In this document: one piece after another, positions 1 through 9,867 of the stretch
Layout of the letters: the number at the start of each line of letters is the position of its first letter
Numbering within the stretch: the stretch's first letter is position 1
Virus record (IMG/VR): IMGVR_UViG_3300035204_001665
Coordinates: 1 to 64,000 of that record
Source: a virus
Reading direction: 5' to 3' (one strand)
DNA length: 64,000 nucleotides
The notes under the pieces: generated by a model
The model's input: only the letters and a program-made list of their open reading frames with translations
Databases searched by the model: none
Told to the model about the DNA's origin: nothing
Position numbers and translations under genes: made by a program

Positions 1-985
1 CCGGTTGCCGTAAAGAGGGACTGTGTCGCCGACGCGGTTGGAGTAAACGACACGGTTTGTGACGGTGTAGCTGTTCCTGATCCCGTAGCCGATCCGGTTG
101 CCGTAAAGAGAGACTGCGTCGCCGATGGTGTCGCTGTTGATGACGCCGTGGCGCTCTCCGTAAATTTAGTCGCAGTCGCTGAGGCAGTTTCTGTGCCGGG
201 AGAAGATGTCGGTGTGGCAGTCGCTGACGCGGAGGCAGTGAAGGTCCAACAACAATTACATTGACGCCAATACTGATCTACGGTTCCGCTGCCGTCTACG
301 GGGGGCACGGACTTATCATTATTAACCCCTGCCTGATCATAAACTTTATAACACCTCTCCTCTCCTATCGTGGGAGGTATATAGCTTCTAACATCATCGT
401 TCGAATAATTCGAAGATTGGTTCGCATACCAAAATTTTTCTGGCACACAGCAAGCGTCTGTCTCTGTGGCTGATGCCGTCGCCGTCGCGGAGGCAGTGAA
501 AGTTTGACAGCAATTACACTCGTTCCAGTATCCAGTTAAATGTGGACGAACTAGGTTATTAGATCCGCTGTTATAGGTTGCCCAATTACTAGCGTTAAGC
601 TTAAAGCATCTTTCTTCCCCCACTTCCCCGTCACCACTGTAACCATTGTCTATATCGTTCTGGGTAATAACGACGCTTACAACATCATTCTGGCTCCAAG
701 TTAGTCCCGAAGCCCAAAATCTTTGAGGTAAACAGCAAACATACGTATGGGTTGCCGATGCGGTTGATGACGATGTGGCTGTTCCTGATCCCGTAGCCGA
801 TCCGGTTGCCGTAAAGAGGGACTGCGTCGCCGATGCGGTTGGAGTAAACGACGCGGTTTGTGACGGTGTAGCTGTTCCTGATCCCGTAGCCGATCCGGTT
901 GCCGATCCGGTCGCCGTAAAGAGAGACTGGGTTGCCGATGCGGTTGGAGTAAACGACGCGGTTTGTGACGGTGTAGCTGTTTCTG
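1..985. repeat. Intragenic ~93-bp tandem repeat units encoding the Ser/Thr linker
   Basis: The unit gctgttcctgatcccgtagccgatccggttgccgtaaagag... starts at 778 and 871 (period 93; the next unit has a 12-bp insertion) and recurs at about 1-123. A separate exact 65-bp duplicate lies at 130-194 and 1714-1778. Confidence 0.9.
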
Positions 986-2192
986 ACGCAGTAGATGTTG
1001 CTGTAGAGGTCCCGTCACATTCATTGAAACTAGACGATCCTGACCTATGGCTAGAACTTGCAGGACTAAAAGTCCGATGGATACCGACGATGCCGTCGCA
1101 CTCATGAATCTGTTTTAAATCCGGGTAACCCGAAGCGATACCTTCATTGTTCCACCAACCATCAGAAGAGGGGGTAGCCGTACTCGCGGAAATAATATAA
1201 TCTGGACTACCACTTGAGTGAGGAGACTTGTCACCAGCATTACAGTCACAATTGGCCGAGTCAAAATCACTACCCCATTCGCAATCGCTCAGCGGAGTGG
1301 AGTCTTCGATGTCTTCGATGTCTCCGCTTGTATCTAGGTTGGGCTCCCAGTCTGCATAAAAACGCCACCTCTCTATCCAGTGGGCATTAGAGGAGCTACT
1401 TCCGGGAAATAAACTAGACGAAGCCCAAAATCCCGCAACCCCGTGACCATCTGTGGTATCATTTTCAGATACCCACTTATTCCAACCTGCGCCGGGCTCC
1501 TTCTTACAGGTACGTTCTACAAACTCTATCTTGGGTAAATTATCTAAGGCAGTGCTACAATTAAATAAGCCACCGCACTCAGAAGTATTACAGCTTGTAT
1601 CGGTCGGATACTTTAACCAATCTTGAGCAAAACAATCCCAGTAAGCCTCCCAAACATAAGTACATTTAAGGGTATTACCACTACTATCTTTACAGGCTGA
1701 GCCATAAGTCTGCGTCGCTGTTGATGACGCCGTGGCGCTCTCCGTAAATTTAGTCGCAGTCGCTGAGGCAGTTTCTGTACCATCGGCAGACTCTTCTACA
1801 CAAGACGCTGGCGCGGAAATAATTTGACCACGAGTCGAGCCGGATAGGCCCACCTCGATAACTTGCTCGTTCGCCTCGTCCCAAAAAAATCGCCCCCCAC
1901 AATCACATATCCTGTCTTCTCCCTCTGAGGTACAGTAGTCGTTGCCACTATCTTGACAAACGATATTGACGCTCCTAGCTGAGTCGGCGTACAACGCAGT
2001 TGTGAGTTCAAGATTACCAGTATAGTAAACTGTAATTGAAAAAGACGTCGTATCTTGACCACCTGATTCGTCACAAGCGTTTGCCTTGCTAGAATAACCT
2101 TCAACGGTGCTACAGATGGTAGGATCATACTGGTCGCCATCACCGCAATTGCTGCTGTCTGCTAGAGCTCCGTATAGTACTATTGACGCCAT
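1..2192 (-). CDS. Large Cys-rich, Ser/Thr-linker modular protein, probably virion-associated (partial; runs off the left edge)
   Basis: Absent from the ORF track because it has no stop in the window. Manual translation from ATG at 2192 (MASIVLYGALADSSNCGDGDQYDPTICS...) showed no in-frame stop in the stretches read. It has TPSQTASFTPTASATQSLFTATGSATGSG repeats and two related CCxP..FW..GEERC..YWxxCNCCxTF modules. Same architecture as 53137-57414. Confidence 0.8.
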   Translation of the reverse strand, partial: MASIVLYGALADSSNCGDGDQYDPTICSTVEGYSSKANACDESGGQDTTSFSITVYYTGNLELTTALYADSARSVNIVCQDSGNDYCTSEGEDRICDCGGRFFWDEANEQVIEVGLSGSTRGQIISAPASCVEESADGTETASATATKFTESATASSTATQTYGSACKDSSGNTLKCTYVWEAYWDCFAQDWLKYPTDTSCNTSECGGLFNCSTALDNLPKIEFVERTCKKEPGAGWNKWVSENDTTDGHGVAGFWASSSLFPGSSSSNAHWIERWRFYADWEPNLDTSGDIEDIEDSTPLSDCEWGSDFDSANCDCNAGDKSPHSSGSPDYIISASTATPSSDGWWNNEGIASGYPDLKQIHECDGIVGIHRTFSPASSSHRSGSSSFNECDGTSTATSTASETATPSQTASFTPTASATQSLFTATGSATGSATGSGTATPSQTASFTPTASATQSLFTATGSATGSGTATSSSTASATHTYVCCLPQRFWASGLTWSQNDVVSVVITQNDIDNGYSGDGEVGEERCFKLNASNWATYNSGSNNLVRPHLTGYWNECNCCQTFTASATATASATETDACCVPEKFWYANQSSNYSNDDVRSYIPPTIGEERCYKVYDQAGVNNDKSVPPVDGSGTVDQYWRQCNCCWTFTASASATATPTSSPGTETASATATKFTESATASSTATPSATQSLFTATGSATGSGTATPSQTVSFTPTASATQSLFTAT

Positions 2193-2218
2193 TTTAAAAG
2201 GATACTACCTCAATGTAA

Positions 2219-2635
2219 TTATATTAATATTTTCATATTTTTGACTAAAAAATCTTCAGATAAGCCATTAACTTCTTCAGTTGATAGCTCTATCAATGTA
2301 TATTCATTTAGCTCAAGCCATTTTGCCTTTTGGTAGTCTCTTTTAATTGACTTTAAATAATTAAGTCTAGACTTTTTGTGAAAAAAAGAATTAAATGAAT
2401 CGTGTTGAGGGCCGTTGACTTCTATCGCCACCTTTTTCGTAGCATTTAGGAAGTCTACTTTCATTTTTGTCCCATAGACAGGGAACTCCTCGTAGACTAT
2501 GTGATTTTTCCAGTAAGTCTGGAAGAACCTTTTAGCTTTAGTTTGTAGTTTGGAGCGAGAATTCTTGCGCCAGTCTATTAAATACTTTGTAACATTTTTA
2601 GACTGCAGCCTTCCATGTATATTCTTCAACCTCAC
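2219..2635 (-). CDS. PD-(D/E)XK endonuclease, DUF559/Vsr-like
   Basis: Motif pattern EEFPV...VDF...VAIEVNGPQH...D..K..WLE. Confidence 0.7.
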   Translation of the reverse strand: MRLKNIHGRLQSKNVTKYLIDWRKNSRSKLQTKAKRFFQTYWKNHIVYEEFPVYGTKMKVDFLNATKKVAIEVNGPQHDSFNSFFHKKSRLNYLKSIKRDYQKAKWLELNEYTLIELSTEEVNGLSEDFLVKNMKILI

Positions 2636-2641
2636 CCGCTA

Positions 2642-2670
2642 ACGTTAACATCTTTCTGTTCATAAATCAA
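2642..2670 (-). promoter_or_regulatory. Sigma70-like promoter, leaderless
   Basis: TTGATT-17 bp-TAACGT, 6 nt before the GTG start at 2635. Confidence 0.55.
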
Positions 2671-2689
2671 TTTAGTGTATTCAATAGTT

Positions 2690-3403
2690 ATGGGCAAGGA
2701 AATTCTAGTACTTACCGCCAATACCGACGATTACAGCAGGCTTAATCCTCCAGCGTTTGTATCTAATGATTGCGATTATGTTGCAGTCTGCAGTAACCCA
2801 TCTCAATGGTACCAAGACAATGGGTGGACTCCTATAAAAAGTATCCCGTTCTCGAACATAGACTCATTTAAGAGTAGAAGAGATGCCAAAGTATACAAAA
2901 TCTTATGTTCCATAATCTTTTCAAATTATAAATATATAGTATGGCACGATGCCGCCTCGAGAATACTCTCCGACCCAAAGCTTTTTATAGAGACCCATAA
3001 AGAGTTCGACATACTTATAGGAAAGCATCCATCAAAAGACTGCGTCTATGAAGAAATTAAGTCAGTAAAAAGTCTAAAGATAGACTATCCCGAAACCATG
3101 GACGCGCAAAGGGATTTCTATATTAAAAATAAAATGCCAAAAAAATTTGGTTTATGGTTGGGATCATCTTTCGTAATGAAAAATACAGAGTCCGTTAGAG
3201 AGCTGCAGTTGATGTGGTGGGAGCAGGTGTGTAAATTTAGCTCAAGAGACCAATGTAGCTTGCCTTATTGTATATATAAGATGGGAGACCGCCTGTCCCT
3301 GAAGACTGAAAAAATAACGGGAGCTCTGGTTTCACAAAATACTACAGCAAGAAAATGGAGACGAAAGTATATCTTGGGCGGCGTCCCCAAGTCCTATATA
3401 TAA
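2690..3403 (+). CDS. DUF616 (TOD1/MUCI70-like) glycosyltransferase-like protein
   Basis: Motifs K.YKIL, VWHDA, HP.KDCVYEE, WWE and RDQCSLPY. ATG 2690 is preferred over the GTG at 2675. Confidence 0.7.
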   Translation: MGKEILVLTANTDDYSRLNPPAFVSNDCDYVAVCSNPSQWYQDNGWTPIKSIPFSNIDSFKSRRDAKVYKILCSIIFSNYKYIVWHDAASRILSDPKLFIETHKEFDILIGKHPSKDCVYEEIKSVKSLKIDYPETMDAQRDFYIKNKMPKKFGLWLGSSFVMKNTESVRELQLMWWEQVCKFSSRDQCSLPYCIYKMGDRLSLKTEKITGALVSQNTTARKWRRKYILGGVPKSYI

Positions 3404-3406
3404 TGA

Positions 3407-4018
3407 TTAGTTCTTATATCTCAACACCATCATGTCGTCAAGGTTCGCATCGTTCTTAGTGTTATCGTGTAGGTCTACTATAAATAGATTAAAGTCGTGC
3501 TCGTCTCTTAGTTTTTTAACTTCTGGCAAGTAAGAATATTTAACGTCTTCGCAGACTAGAAGGCCACCGTCATTTAGCAGCTTGTAATAATTCTCAAAAA
3601 AGAACCTCTGCGATTCCCACGTATGCGGACCGTCATCAATGATGATATCAAAGCCCTCATAATTCTTAGACAAAAAACTAACAGTGCTTTCTTCGTAAGC
3701 ATCCATCGTGTGGAACCTGCATCTCTTCTCGTCGTCCATGAGAAGTCTATATGCCCTTCTTCGTTTATCATCAACGTCTATAGCAACGAGCTCGCGCAAA
3801 TGATTAGAGTCTAATTTGAGAAAAACTGCCGTCGACCCCCCGAAGTCTATTCCTATTTCTAACATGGACAGGGGCCTATTTAGATTATGCTTTTGCGCAG
3901 AAAAAATTAAATCATACATTCTACCATAAGAATGATAAGGGCGGTGGGGTCTCTTGGGCGCAGCTTTGTTCGTCCATCTCCCCATATTTAGGAAACATTC
4001 TTGTAAGCTGACGTTCAT
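3407..4018 (-). CDS. Class I SAM-dependent methyltransferase (sugar O-methyltransferase-like)
   Basis: Motifs HSYG..Y, LEIGIDFGGS, FDIIIDDGPHT and GGLLVCED. Confidence 0.8.
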   Translation of the reverse strand: MNVSLQECFLNMGRWTNKAAPKRPHRPYHSYGRMYDLIFSAQKHNLNRPLSMLEIGIDFGGSTAVFLKLDSNHLRELVAIDVDDKRRRAYRLLMDDEKRCRFHTMDAYEESTVSFLSKNYEGFDIIIDDGPHTWESQRFFFENYYKLLNDGGLLVCEDVKYSYLPEVKKLRDEHDFNLFIVDLHDNTKNDANLDDMMVLRYKN

Positions 4019-4021
4019 GCT

Positions 4022-5122
4022 CTAAGCTTTTTTTAGTACGTCTCTAAATTTATGAAATAGATACTTGCCCATCTCTGGATTCTCTTCAAAATATTTTCCA
4101 AAGTTATCCATACCTTGGTGCTGCTTCTTAAACTCCAAGTTGGCCTCTTTCTTAACTTCCTCAATAATCTCATCTGAGACCGTTACCCAAGCTCCCTTCG
4201 CTGTCGCCATGTCCCAAGCCAGCATCATATCTGCCACCTCTTTTTCGACCCATATGCTTTTACCCGACGAAGCTCTATACTTAACTGGGTACCTTACTTC
4301 TATACCCGTCTTTTCATTAGAGCTTTTTCTGAAAACAATCTTACACCAGTGCCCCAACTGCTCTCCTTTTCCATTAGGTTGCGTAGTTATCAAGTCCTTC
4401 ACAAAGCGAGGTTGAAATTCTAAGATCCAATCACTGTAATGTAGCATTGCGTTTCCACCTGAAGCGTTCGTTAGACGGGGGTCGCTCTTTTCGTAGGGAT
4501 TGATTGATACCTTTGTCCTTACCTGAGATATCATGTAACAGATGTGTCCTCTCGTACCTAATCCTAGCGCCATACGCTTGAGGAAATCAGAGCTTAACAA
4601 AGAGCCTCCCGCGACTTTGATTGCTTCATCTGCGCCCTTTTCTAGATCGCCCCTAGGCACCAAAGCGTCCATAGAATCAATAATAAACATGTATCTTGTG
4701 TCAGAGGGATTGTCTTTAACCATCTGGCGCATGAAATCAATAACACTTTCATATACATTACATTTATAGACGAACCATTTATCTTCATTAGTATCTATTC
4801 CCGACCTTTCTATCATGTCCTTGGACAACCTGCCCTCAGATTTAACGTATATAACCATGGAGTTTTCCATCTTTTGGAAGTTACGTGCGAAGGCTAGAGC
4901 ACAAGAAGTTTTTCCTCCCTCCGCCACACCGGAGGCTCTAATTATGCCGGGCTTAATGCCCCCTCCCATCTCTATGTCTAATAGTAGGCTGCCACTGGAG
5001 ACAGTGTAAGTCCTTTCCTCTTCAAAGTTATAGTGATCTCCCTTATTCTGCTCTAGGTAAGCCTGAATTTGCTGCTGAGGAGTAATACCTACTGAATTAT
5101 TAGTCTTCTTTTTTCTTGCCAT
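4022..5122 (-). CDS. recA: RecA/UvsX-like recombinase
   Basis: SSGSLLLDIEMGGGI, Walker A GVAEGGKT, Walker B FIIDSMDAL, SQVR, SGGNAMLHY and KGAW. Likely start is MARKKK at 5122. Confidence 0.88.
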   Translation of the reverse strand: MARKKKTNNSVGITPQQQIQAYLEQNKGDHYNFEEERTYTVSSGSLLLDIEMGGGIKPGIIRASGVAEGGKTSCALAFARNFQKMENSMVIYVKSEGRLSKDMIERSGIDTNEDKWFVYKCNVYESVIDFMRQMVKDNPSDTRYMFIIDSMDALVPRGDLEKGADEAIKVAGGSLLSSDFLKRMALGLGTRGHICYMISQVRTKVSINPYEKSDPRLTNASGGNAMLHYSDWILEFQPRFVKDLITTQPNGKGEQLGHWCKIVFRKSSNEKTGIEVRYPVKYRASSGKSIWVEKEVADMMLAWDMATAKGAWVTVSDEIIEEVKKEANLEFKKQHQGMDNFGKYFEENPEMGKYLFHKFRDVLKKA

Positions 5123-5465
5123 TTCTGATAAAGTCCAAGACGGTGAGATTCTTCTTCGGATACCTTTTGTCTTTACCAACCTTAGCACCCAACCCGATAT
5201 TTGTAAAGGGCTTTTTGGATTCTTTAGTTCTCATTAGTTTATACTTTTCCTGTATGAATCGAGTGCCGTCTTCAGTAAGAAAAAAGTCTAAAGTAGGGAG
5301 CTTAAAGCTACAATTTATAATCATCCAGTCCCAAAACTCTGGGTCAGGGTACTTATCATATATCTTTACTGCTTCATTTAGTTTGGCACCGTACGTCCCT
5401 TTTTCAAAATCGCAGAAACAATTTACGATCAACCTATGATAATCAAACTTGGTTTTCGATGTCAT
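5100..5465 (-). CDS. Hypothetical protein
   Basis: 121-aa ORF overlapping both neighbours within the operon. Confidence 0.6.
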   Translation of the reverse strand: MTSKTKFDYHRLIVNCFCDFEKGTYGAKLNEAVKIYDKYPDPEFWDWMIINCSFKLPTLDFFLTEDGTRFIQEKYKLMRTKESKKPFTNIGLGAKVGKDKRYPKKNLTVLDFIRNGKKKED

Positions 5466-6492
5466 GTCTTACCATCTTCTGTACAAGTGTATCAAAGCTC
5501 CCTTTGGGACGCCAGCCTAAATTTTCAATCGCGTCTGTGGGGTCGCCCATTAGAACCTCTACTTCCGCTGGCCGATAAAATTTAGGATTGACTTTAACTA
5601 GGGAATGACCATAGGAACTGTCCCTGTGAAGATATGTCTCGTCCACCCCCTGATAAGCCCAGTAACCATTTATTTCCGCATACTTAAATGCTTTTTCAAC
5701 GAATTCTCTGATAGAATGTGTTTCCCCGCTTGCTAGGATATAATCCTTTGGCTCGGGCTGGTTTAACATGAGCCAAACTCCATTAATAAAATCTTCGCTA
5801 TCACTCCAGTCTCTTTTCGCATCTAAATTTCCTAATTCGATAGCAGGTGGGGCCTCTATCGTCATGTTTGTTTCCAAATGTTTTTTAATAGCTGCAACGC
5901 CTTTAGAAATTTTTCTAGTTACGAACTCCTCTCCGCGTTTTGTCCCCTCATGATTAAATAATATACCATGAACAGCATAAAGACCGTGAGACTCGCGATA
6001 TACTTTAACCAGATGCCTTGCTGCCGCTTTGGAGGCTCCATAAGGGCTTCGGGGTTTTATAGGGTGCTTCATGTCCTGTGGGCTGTAGTCTACGTCTCCG
6101 AACTCCTCGCTACTTCCTGCACTGTAAAACCTACATTCGGGCTTAAATTTACGTATAGCCTCGAGGCATCTTAATACTCCCGTGCAATTTACGTCCATCA
6201 CCTGCTCGGGCATATCCCATGAACAGCCAACGAAACTATTAGCTGCAAAATTAATAAAATAATCAGGCTGGATATCTCTAACCAAGTTGTCTAGGCTCAC
6301 GTCATCAGTGAGATCTCCATAAATAAATTTAAATCTTTCACTGTCTTTGAATTTTTTTGTATTAATAAAGTTAGGATTGGCTGATCGCCTCATCATTCCA
6401 TATACTTCATACCCCGGTATGCGAATAAGTTTTTCTGCCATATTCGCTCCGTCCTGACCGAGTACCCCTGTTACTATAACTTTTCTTATCAT
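5443..6492 (-). CDS. gmd: GDP-mannose 4,6-dehydratase
   Basis: TGVLGQDG, GDLTD, PRSPYGASK, GILFNHE, RGEEFVTRKI, LGNLDAKRDW and YRPAEVE. Confidence 0.95.
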   Translation of the reverse strand: MIRKVIVTGVLGQDGANMAEKLIRIPGYEVYGMMRRSANPNFINTKKFKDSERFKFIYGDLTDDVSLDNLVRDIQPDYFINFAANSFVGCSWDMPEQVMDVNCTGVLRCLEAIRKFKPECRFYSAGSSEEFGDVDYSPQDMKHPIKPRSPYGASKAAARHLVKVYRESHGLYAVHGILFNHEGTKRGEEFVTRKISKGVAAIKKHLETNMTIEAPPAIELGNLDAKRDWSDSEDFINGVWLMLNQPEPKDYILASGETHSIREFVEKAFKYAEINGYWAYQGVDETYLHRDSSYGHSLVKVNPKFYRPAEVEVLMGDPTDAIENLGWRPKGSFDTLVQKMVRHDIENQV

Positions 6493-6493
6493 T

Positions 6494-7171
6494 TTAAAAT
6501 TCTATTAAAGCATCGTATCTATAATGCGACATGTATGATTTGTCATCTATATCTATTATCTTACATTCTAGTCCTAAATCAGCGCAAGTTTTTTTTATGT
6601 GCTCTTTGTTCCACCAAGTCCCAATAAAGGTCTCGTTGTTGTCTAAGCAATCAAAATAGGACGCCTTGTCTTCTTCATTTCTCAGGAAGGTGGGGAGTCT
6701 TTCTGCGTCTAAAATTGCCCCCACTAAGAATTTTGTGCCCACGTTTAAGATATCTCTTATCCTCTTTAGGCCATACTTAAATTCAATGTGGCTAAAGTGA
6801 AATTGGGCATCATACATATAAACCTTATTATAATCCTTGTCTTTGTAGTGATAATCTAATGCGCTTCCCGTTTCGTAAGAGGCATTAAACGCGGAGTTTC
6901 TTCGGGCAATATTTATTAGGTCTTCGTGGATATCTACGCCCTTAACTGAATCAACATAATGTGCTGTTTTATTGGTTAAGAGACCATTACCGCAGCATAG
7001 ATCTAAAACTTTATCTTTTAAATTTAAATTTAAATTATTTTTAATTGATCTCGATATTAATTCTACCTGCTCCTTCTCCACGGCCTTTCCGTCTACGGTC
7101 TTGCCTACTTGATACATTAGATCGCCATTACTTTCTTTAATATTTTGGGAGTAATAATTTTGGTCTAGCAT
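6494..7171 (-). CDS. Class I SAM-dependent methyltransferase
   Basis: Motif I VLDLCCGNGLLT. Paralog of 7837-8544. Confidence 0.8.
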   Translation of the reverse strand: MLDQNYYSQNIKESNGDLMYQVGKTVDGKAVEKEQVELISRSIKNNLNLNLKDKVLDLCCGNGLLTNKTAHYVDSVKGVDIHEDLINIARRNSAFNASYETGSALDYHYKDKDYNKVYMYDAQFHFSHIEFKYGLKRIRDILNVGTKFLVGAILDAERLPTFLRNEEDKASYFDCLDNNETFIGTWWNKEHIKKTCADLGLECKIIDIDDKSYMSHYRYDALIEF

Positions 7172-7836
7172 AATTTATATCTCTCCATCATAAGGCTTAT
7201 ATCTTGAAGTGTGTTCTTCATCAGAACGTCCAGAATGGATGAGCTAGGGTTGTCATCGTTCATCTGAATAAAATTTAATTCAAGATTGCTCTCTCGAAAC
7301 CTATCCTTGTTATATAGAAGTTTTCCTCCGATTGGGTTTATATATACATCCGCACCTTCTCTGACGCATATATCTATGATTCTTTCTTGGCCCTTAAGTT
7401 CTCCCTTTGGGTATATAGATGAGCTCGGAACCAGCTCTGCTCGTATGTCAAGTAGCTCTGCTATATTACAGATAGAATTAAATAAAAATGACGACAGATT
7501 TCTCGCGTCGGTTAATATTATGTCAGATACAAGCTTCTCAACGTCATGGTAGTAGGGCGCCTTGGAGTACGTGTGTTTTATTTTTCTTATTAATTTAATT
7601 TTCCAGTTATGCTCTTCTGATAACGATAGCTCTCGTATTAATTTATTTCTGCTGCTTTTTTCGATACAAACATTAATTTGCTCAGGCCTGCCTTGAGCAA
7701 TGATATTGTTTCTATGTATCCATCCTCTTTTTATAAAATTCACGTCGTCCAAGATAACGAATTTATCCACAGTATTTATAAGTTGCCAGTATCCAATGTA
7801 AGGAAAGAAGTATGGTTGCATTATGCCTATTTTCAT
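7165..7836 (-). CDS. wbqC: WbqC-family protein (putative glycyl transferase for amino sugars)
   Basis: IMQPYFFPYIGYWQL, DDVNF...GWIHRN, YSKAPY, YINPIGG..LY and SILDVLM. Confidence 0.9.
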   Translation of the reverse strand: MKIGIMQPYFFPYIGYWQLINTVDKFVILDDVNFIKRGWIHRNNIIAQGRPEQINVCIEKSSRNKLIRELSLSEEHNWKIKLIRKIKHTYSKAPYYHDVEKLVSDIILTDARNLSSFLFNSICNIAELLDIRAELVPSSSIYPKGELKGQERIIDICVREGADVYINPIGGKLLYNKDRFRESNLELNFIQMNDDNPSSSILDVLMKNTLQDISLMMERYKLC

Positions 7837-8544
7837 CTATCTGCTTTTTAATAGAACGTCCATCCTGTAGTCGTAAAACTTTTCTTTTCTTATATTGTAT
7901 TCTAGGTCCAGATCGGAGGCAATCTTAATTATTTCTTCTGTAGTCCACCACCTACCTATCCCGCCATTAAACCCCTGATCATCTTTTGAATACTTGTCTG
8001 ATTTATCGTTCGGTACCGTGGGTAAGTAGAAGGTGAAATCATTATTTATATTCTTGATCTCTGAAATTATGTGCTCTAGGTCTTTGGGAGAAAAATAACC
8101 AAGTGCGTCGCTCATTAAAAACTTAGCAGAGTGTGTACTCGCTAAATCTTTAGAAAACTCATGCTTGGCGTCGTTAATAAAATAGATTATATTGTCTACG
8201 CTTTTGCACCCCTTAGCCATGTTGATTAAGTGTTCCGCAAAATCAAACGCATATATACGCCCTACTGCTCCTGAGAGCCTTTTAGTTAGCAGTCCATTTC
8301 CACAACATAACTCAATTAATGTATCGCCCTTGCTCAAATCAAGTGCATCTATAATGTCTTCAGCGAGATCATTTAAAAAATCATTACCCACTGGCTTTCC
8401 GGTGACCCAAGCTATCCCGTCCGGTTGAGCGAGACCTACACCGAACATCTTACCTACTGTAAAATACAGCTCCTCCTCTGTTCCTACCCTCATGTCCCCT
8501 TTGGGTAAGTTATTGTCGCATGTCCAATACTTCTTCCAATTCAT
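7837..8544 (-). CDS. Class I SAM-dependent methyltransferase
   Basis: LIELCCGNGLLT. Shares VGK..GK.V, G.WW and YR.D motifs with 6494-7171. Confidence 0.8.
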   Translation of the reverse strand: MNWKKYWTCDNNLPKGDMRVGTEEELYFTVGKMFGVGLAQPDGIAWVTGKPVGNDFLNDLAEDIIDALDLSKGDTLIELCCGNGLLTKRLSGAVGRIYAFDFAEHLINMAKGCKSVDNIIYFINDAKHEFSKDLASTHSAKFLMSDALGYFSPKDLEHIISEIKNINNDFTFYLPTVPNDKSDKYSKDDQGFNGGIGRWWTTEEIIKIASDLDLEYNIRKEKFYDYRMDVLLKSR

Positions 8545-9143
8545 TGTGTGTATACTTCATATTTTGAGAGGTCTTGGTACTCCTGCGTCACATCTTTATT
8601 CTTATCTTCCATGCCCGACATGAGTAGTAGCCCTCTGGCAGCTGCATCTGGAGACATATACATATTCCAGCCCAACATATCAAATTTGTCAGAGATGTGT
8701 GCTATAGAATTTCTTCCATTATACCTTGCTCTTTTAAACCACTCATAAGCTCTCTCGTTATCGGTAAGGATCGCTCCGCCTTTTCCCAGTTTTAAAATTT
8801 TCTTGGGGCCAGAAAAAGAAAGACACATATATTGCCCCTTTTTATACATATTTTTTGTAAATCTAAGCGAACTGTCCCAAACGGGAGTAGGTTTGAGTCT
8901 GTATGCTCCAGTAAGCCGCTGGGAAGACTTCTCAAATTTAACTTTACCGCCAGCATGTATGATAGAGCAGGGCACAGACATGTATGTATGGGAGGGTATA
9001 CTTATTTCCCTGCGATTTAATCCCAAGTATTTTAAACAAAGAAACAACGCGTTCGTGCAGCAATCTACGACTACTGCATGTGGGCTACCCGTGTAGGAAG
9101 CAATGGCCTGCTCAAAATCTGACGTAACTCTATGCGGATTCAT
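8541..9143 (-). CDS. Short DegT/DnrJ/EryC1/StrS-family PLP aminotransferase
   Basis: FE..IA.Y.G..HAV.VD.CTNAL.L, P.HTY.SV, SF.GPKK....KGGAILTD, R.NGR and GWNMYM. Only 200 aa. Confidence 0.8.
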   Translation of the reverse strand: MNPHRVTSDFEQAIASYTGSPHAVVVDCCTNALFLCLKYLGLNRREISIPSHTYMSVPCSIIHAGGKVKFEKSSQRLTGAYRLKPTPVWDSSLRFTKNMYKKGQYMCLSFSGPKKILKLGKGGAILTDNERAYEWFKRARYNGRNSIAHISDKFDMLGWNMYMSPDAAARGLLLMSGMEDKNKDVTQEYQDLSKYEVYTQ

Positions 9144-9867
9144 CCTGTATCTCTTTCCAATTTATAGCGGGTGACAGGTACTCTTTTATACAGTGTGTTG
9201 ATAGTCCGGGTACGGCGCTAATTAATGATCTCCCCTTCTCTTTGCGTAAGTGGGTAAATAGTTTATGGTCCTCTGATATGTCATAGAAAACTTGTTTATC
9301 TTCTAGGAAAGTAGAGACCTTAAAAGCCCAAGACCCACATGTAGACGGTACTGTTCTCCAATGGTGAGAAGCACTGACGAAAATCTGCGAGTGCAAGTCT
9401 TTATGCAAGGACTTTTGTTTTCTTCTCTTGTCCGCGTGGTAATACTTATCTAAGTGGTCGTACAGGGAAACATAGTCAAACTTTATGTTGGAATCACTAA
9501 GCTCTAGTATCTTTTCGTCCCAGCCTTTTACGTGAAGATAGTCGTTCTCTAATATATATACCCAATCATCATTCGGCAGGGCACTGCGTGTTATCAAGTC
9601 GTAAATAAAAAGGGCGTTATATGCTCCCCTTGGCTTCTTTTCGAAAGTATTAGGTATAACCTCAACGCTTCCCCATTTTTCGTGATTTCTGAATCTGTCT
9701 ACAAATTCCGATGGGTCTCCGTCGAAAGATACTGTGACTCTTGTGCTGTCCTGATTAAGGGTAGAAAGGAAATTATTAAAACATTTATCGTGACCGAACC
9801 AGTCTGGACGCCTAGAATTTATGCTGGCTCCAGTATTATCTGTGTGCATATAATAAACATTTATCAT
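9130..9867 (-). CDS. Putative GT-A fold glycosyltransferase
   Basis: VYILENDYLH (DxD-like), YVSLYDH.DKY and PGLSTH. Located in the sugar cluster. Confidence 0.55.
   Translation of the reverse strand: MINVYYMHTDNTGASINSRRPDWFGHDKCFNNFLSTLNQDSTRVTVSFDGDPSEFVDRFRNHEKWGSVEVIPNTFEKKPRGAYNALFIYDLITRSALPNDDWVYILENDYLHVKGWDEKILELSDSNIKFDYVSLYDHLDKYYHADKRRKQKSLHKDLHSQIFVSASHHWRTVPSTCGSWAFKVSTFLEDKQVFYDISEDHKLFTHLRKEKGRSLISAVPGLSTHCIKEYLSPAINWKEIQDESA

Noticed and set aside
1-985. Tandem repeats as a CRISPR array
   Set aside because: Units are 93-105 bp, in frame within a coding sequence, have no unique spacers, and no cas genes are present.
130-1778. Duplicated segments as a DGR template/variable repeat pair
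   Set aside because: The 65-bp copies are identical with no adenine-specific mismatches, and there is no reverse transcriptase in the window.
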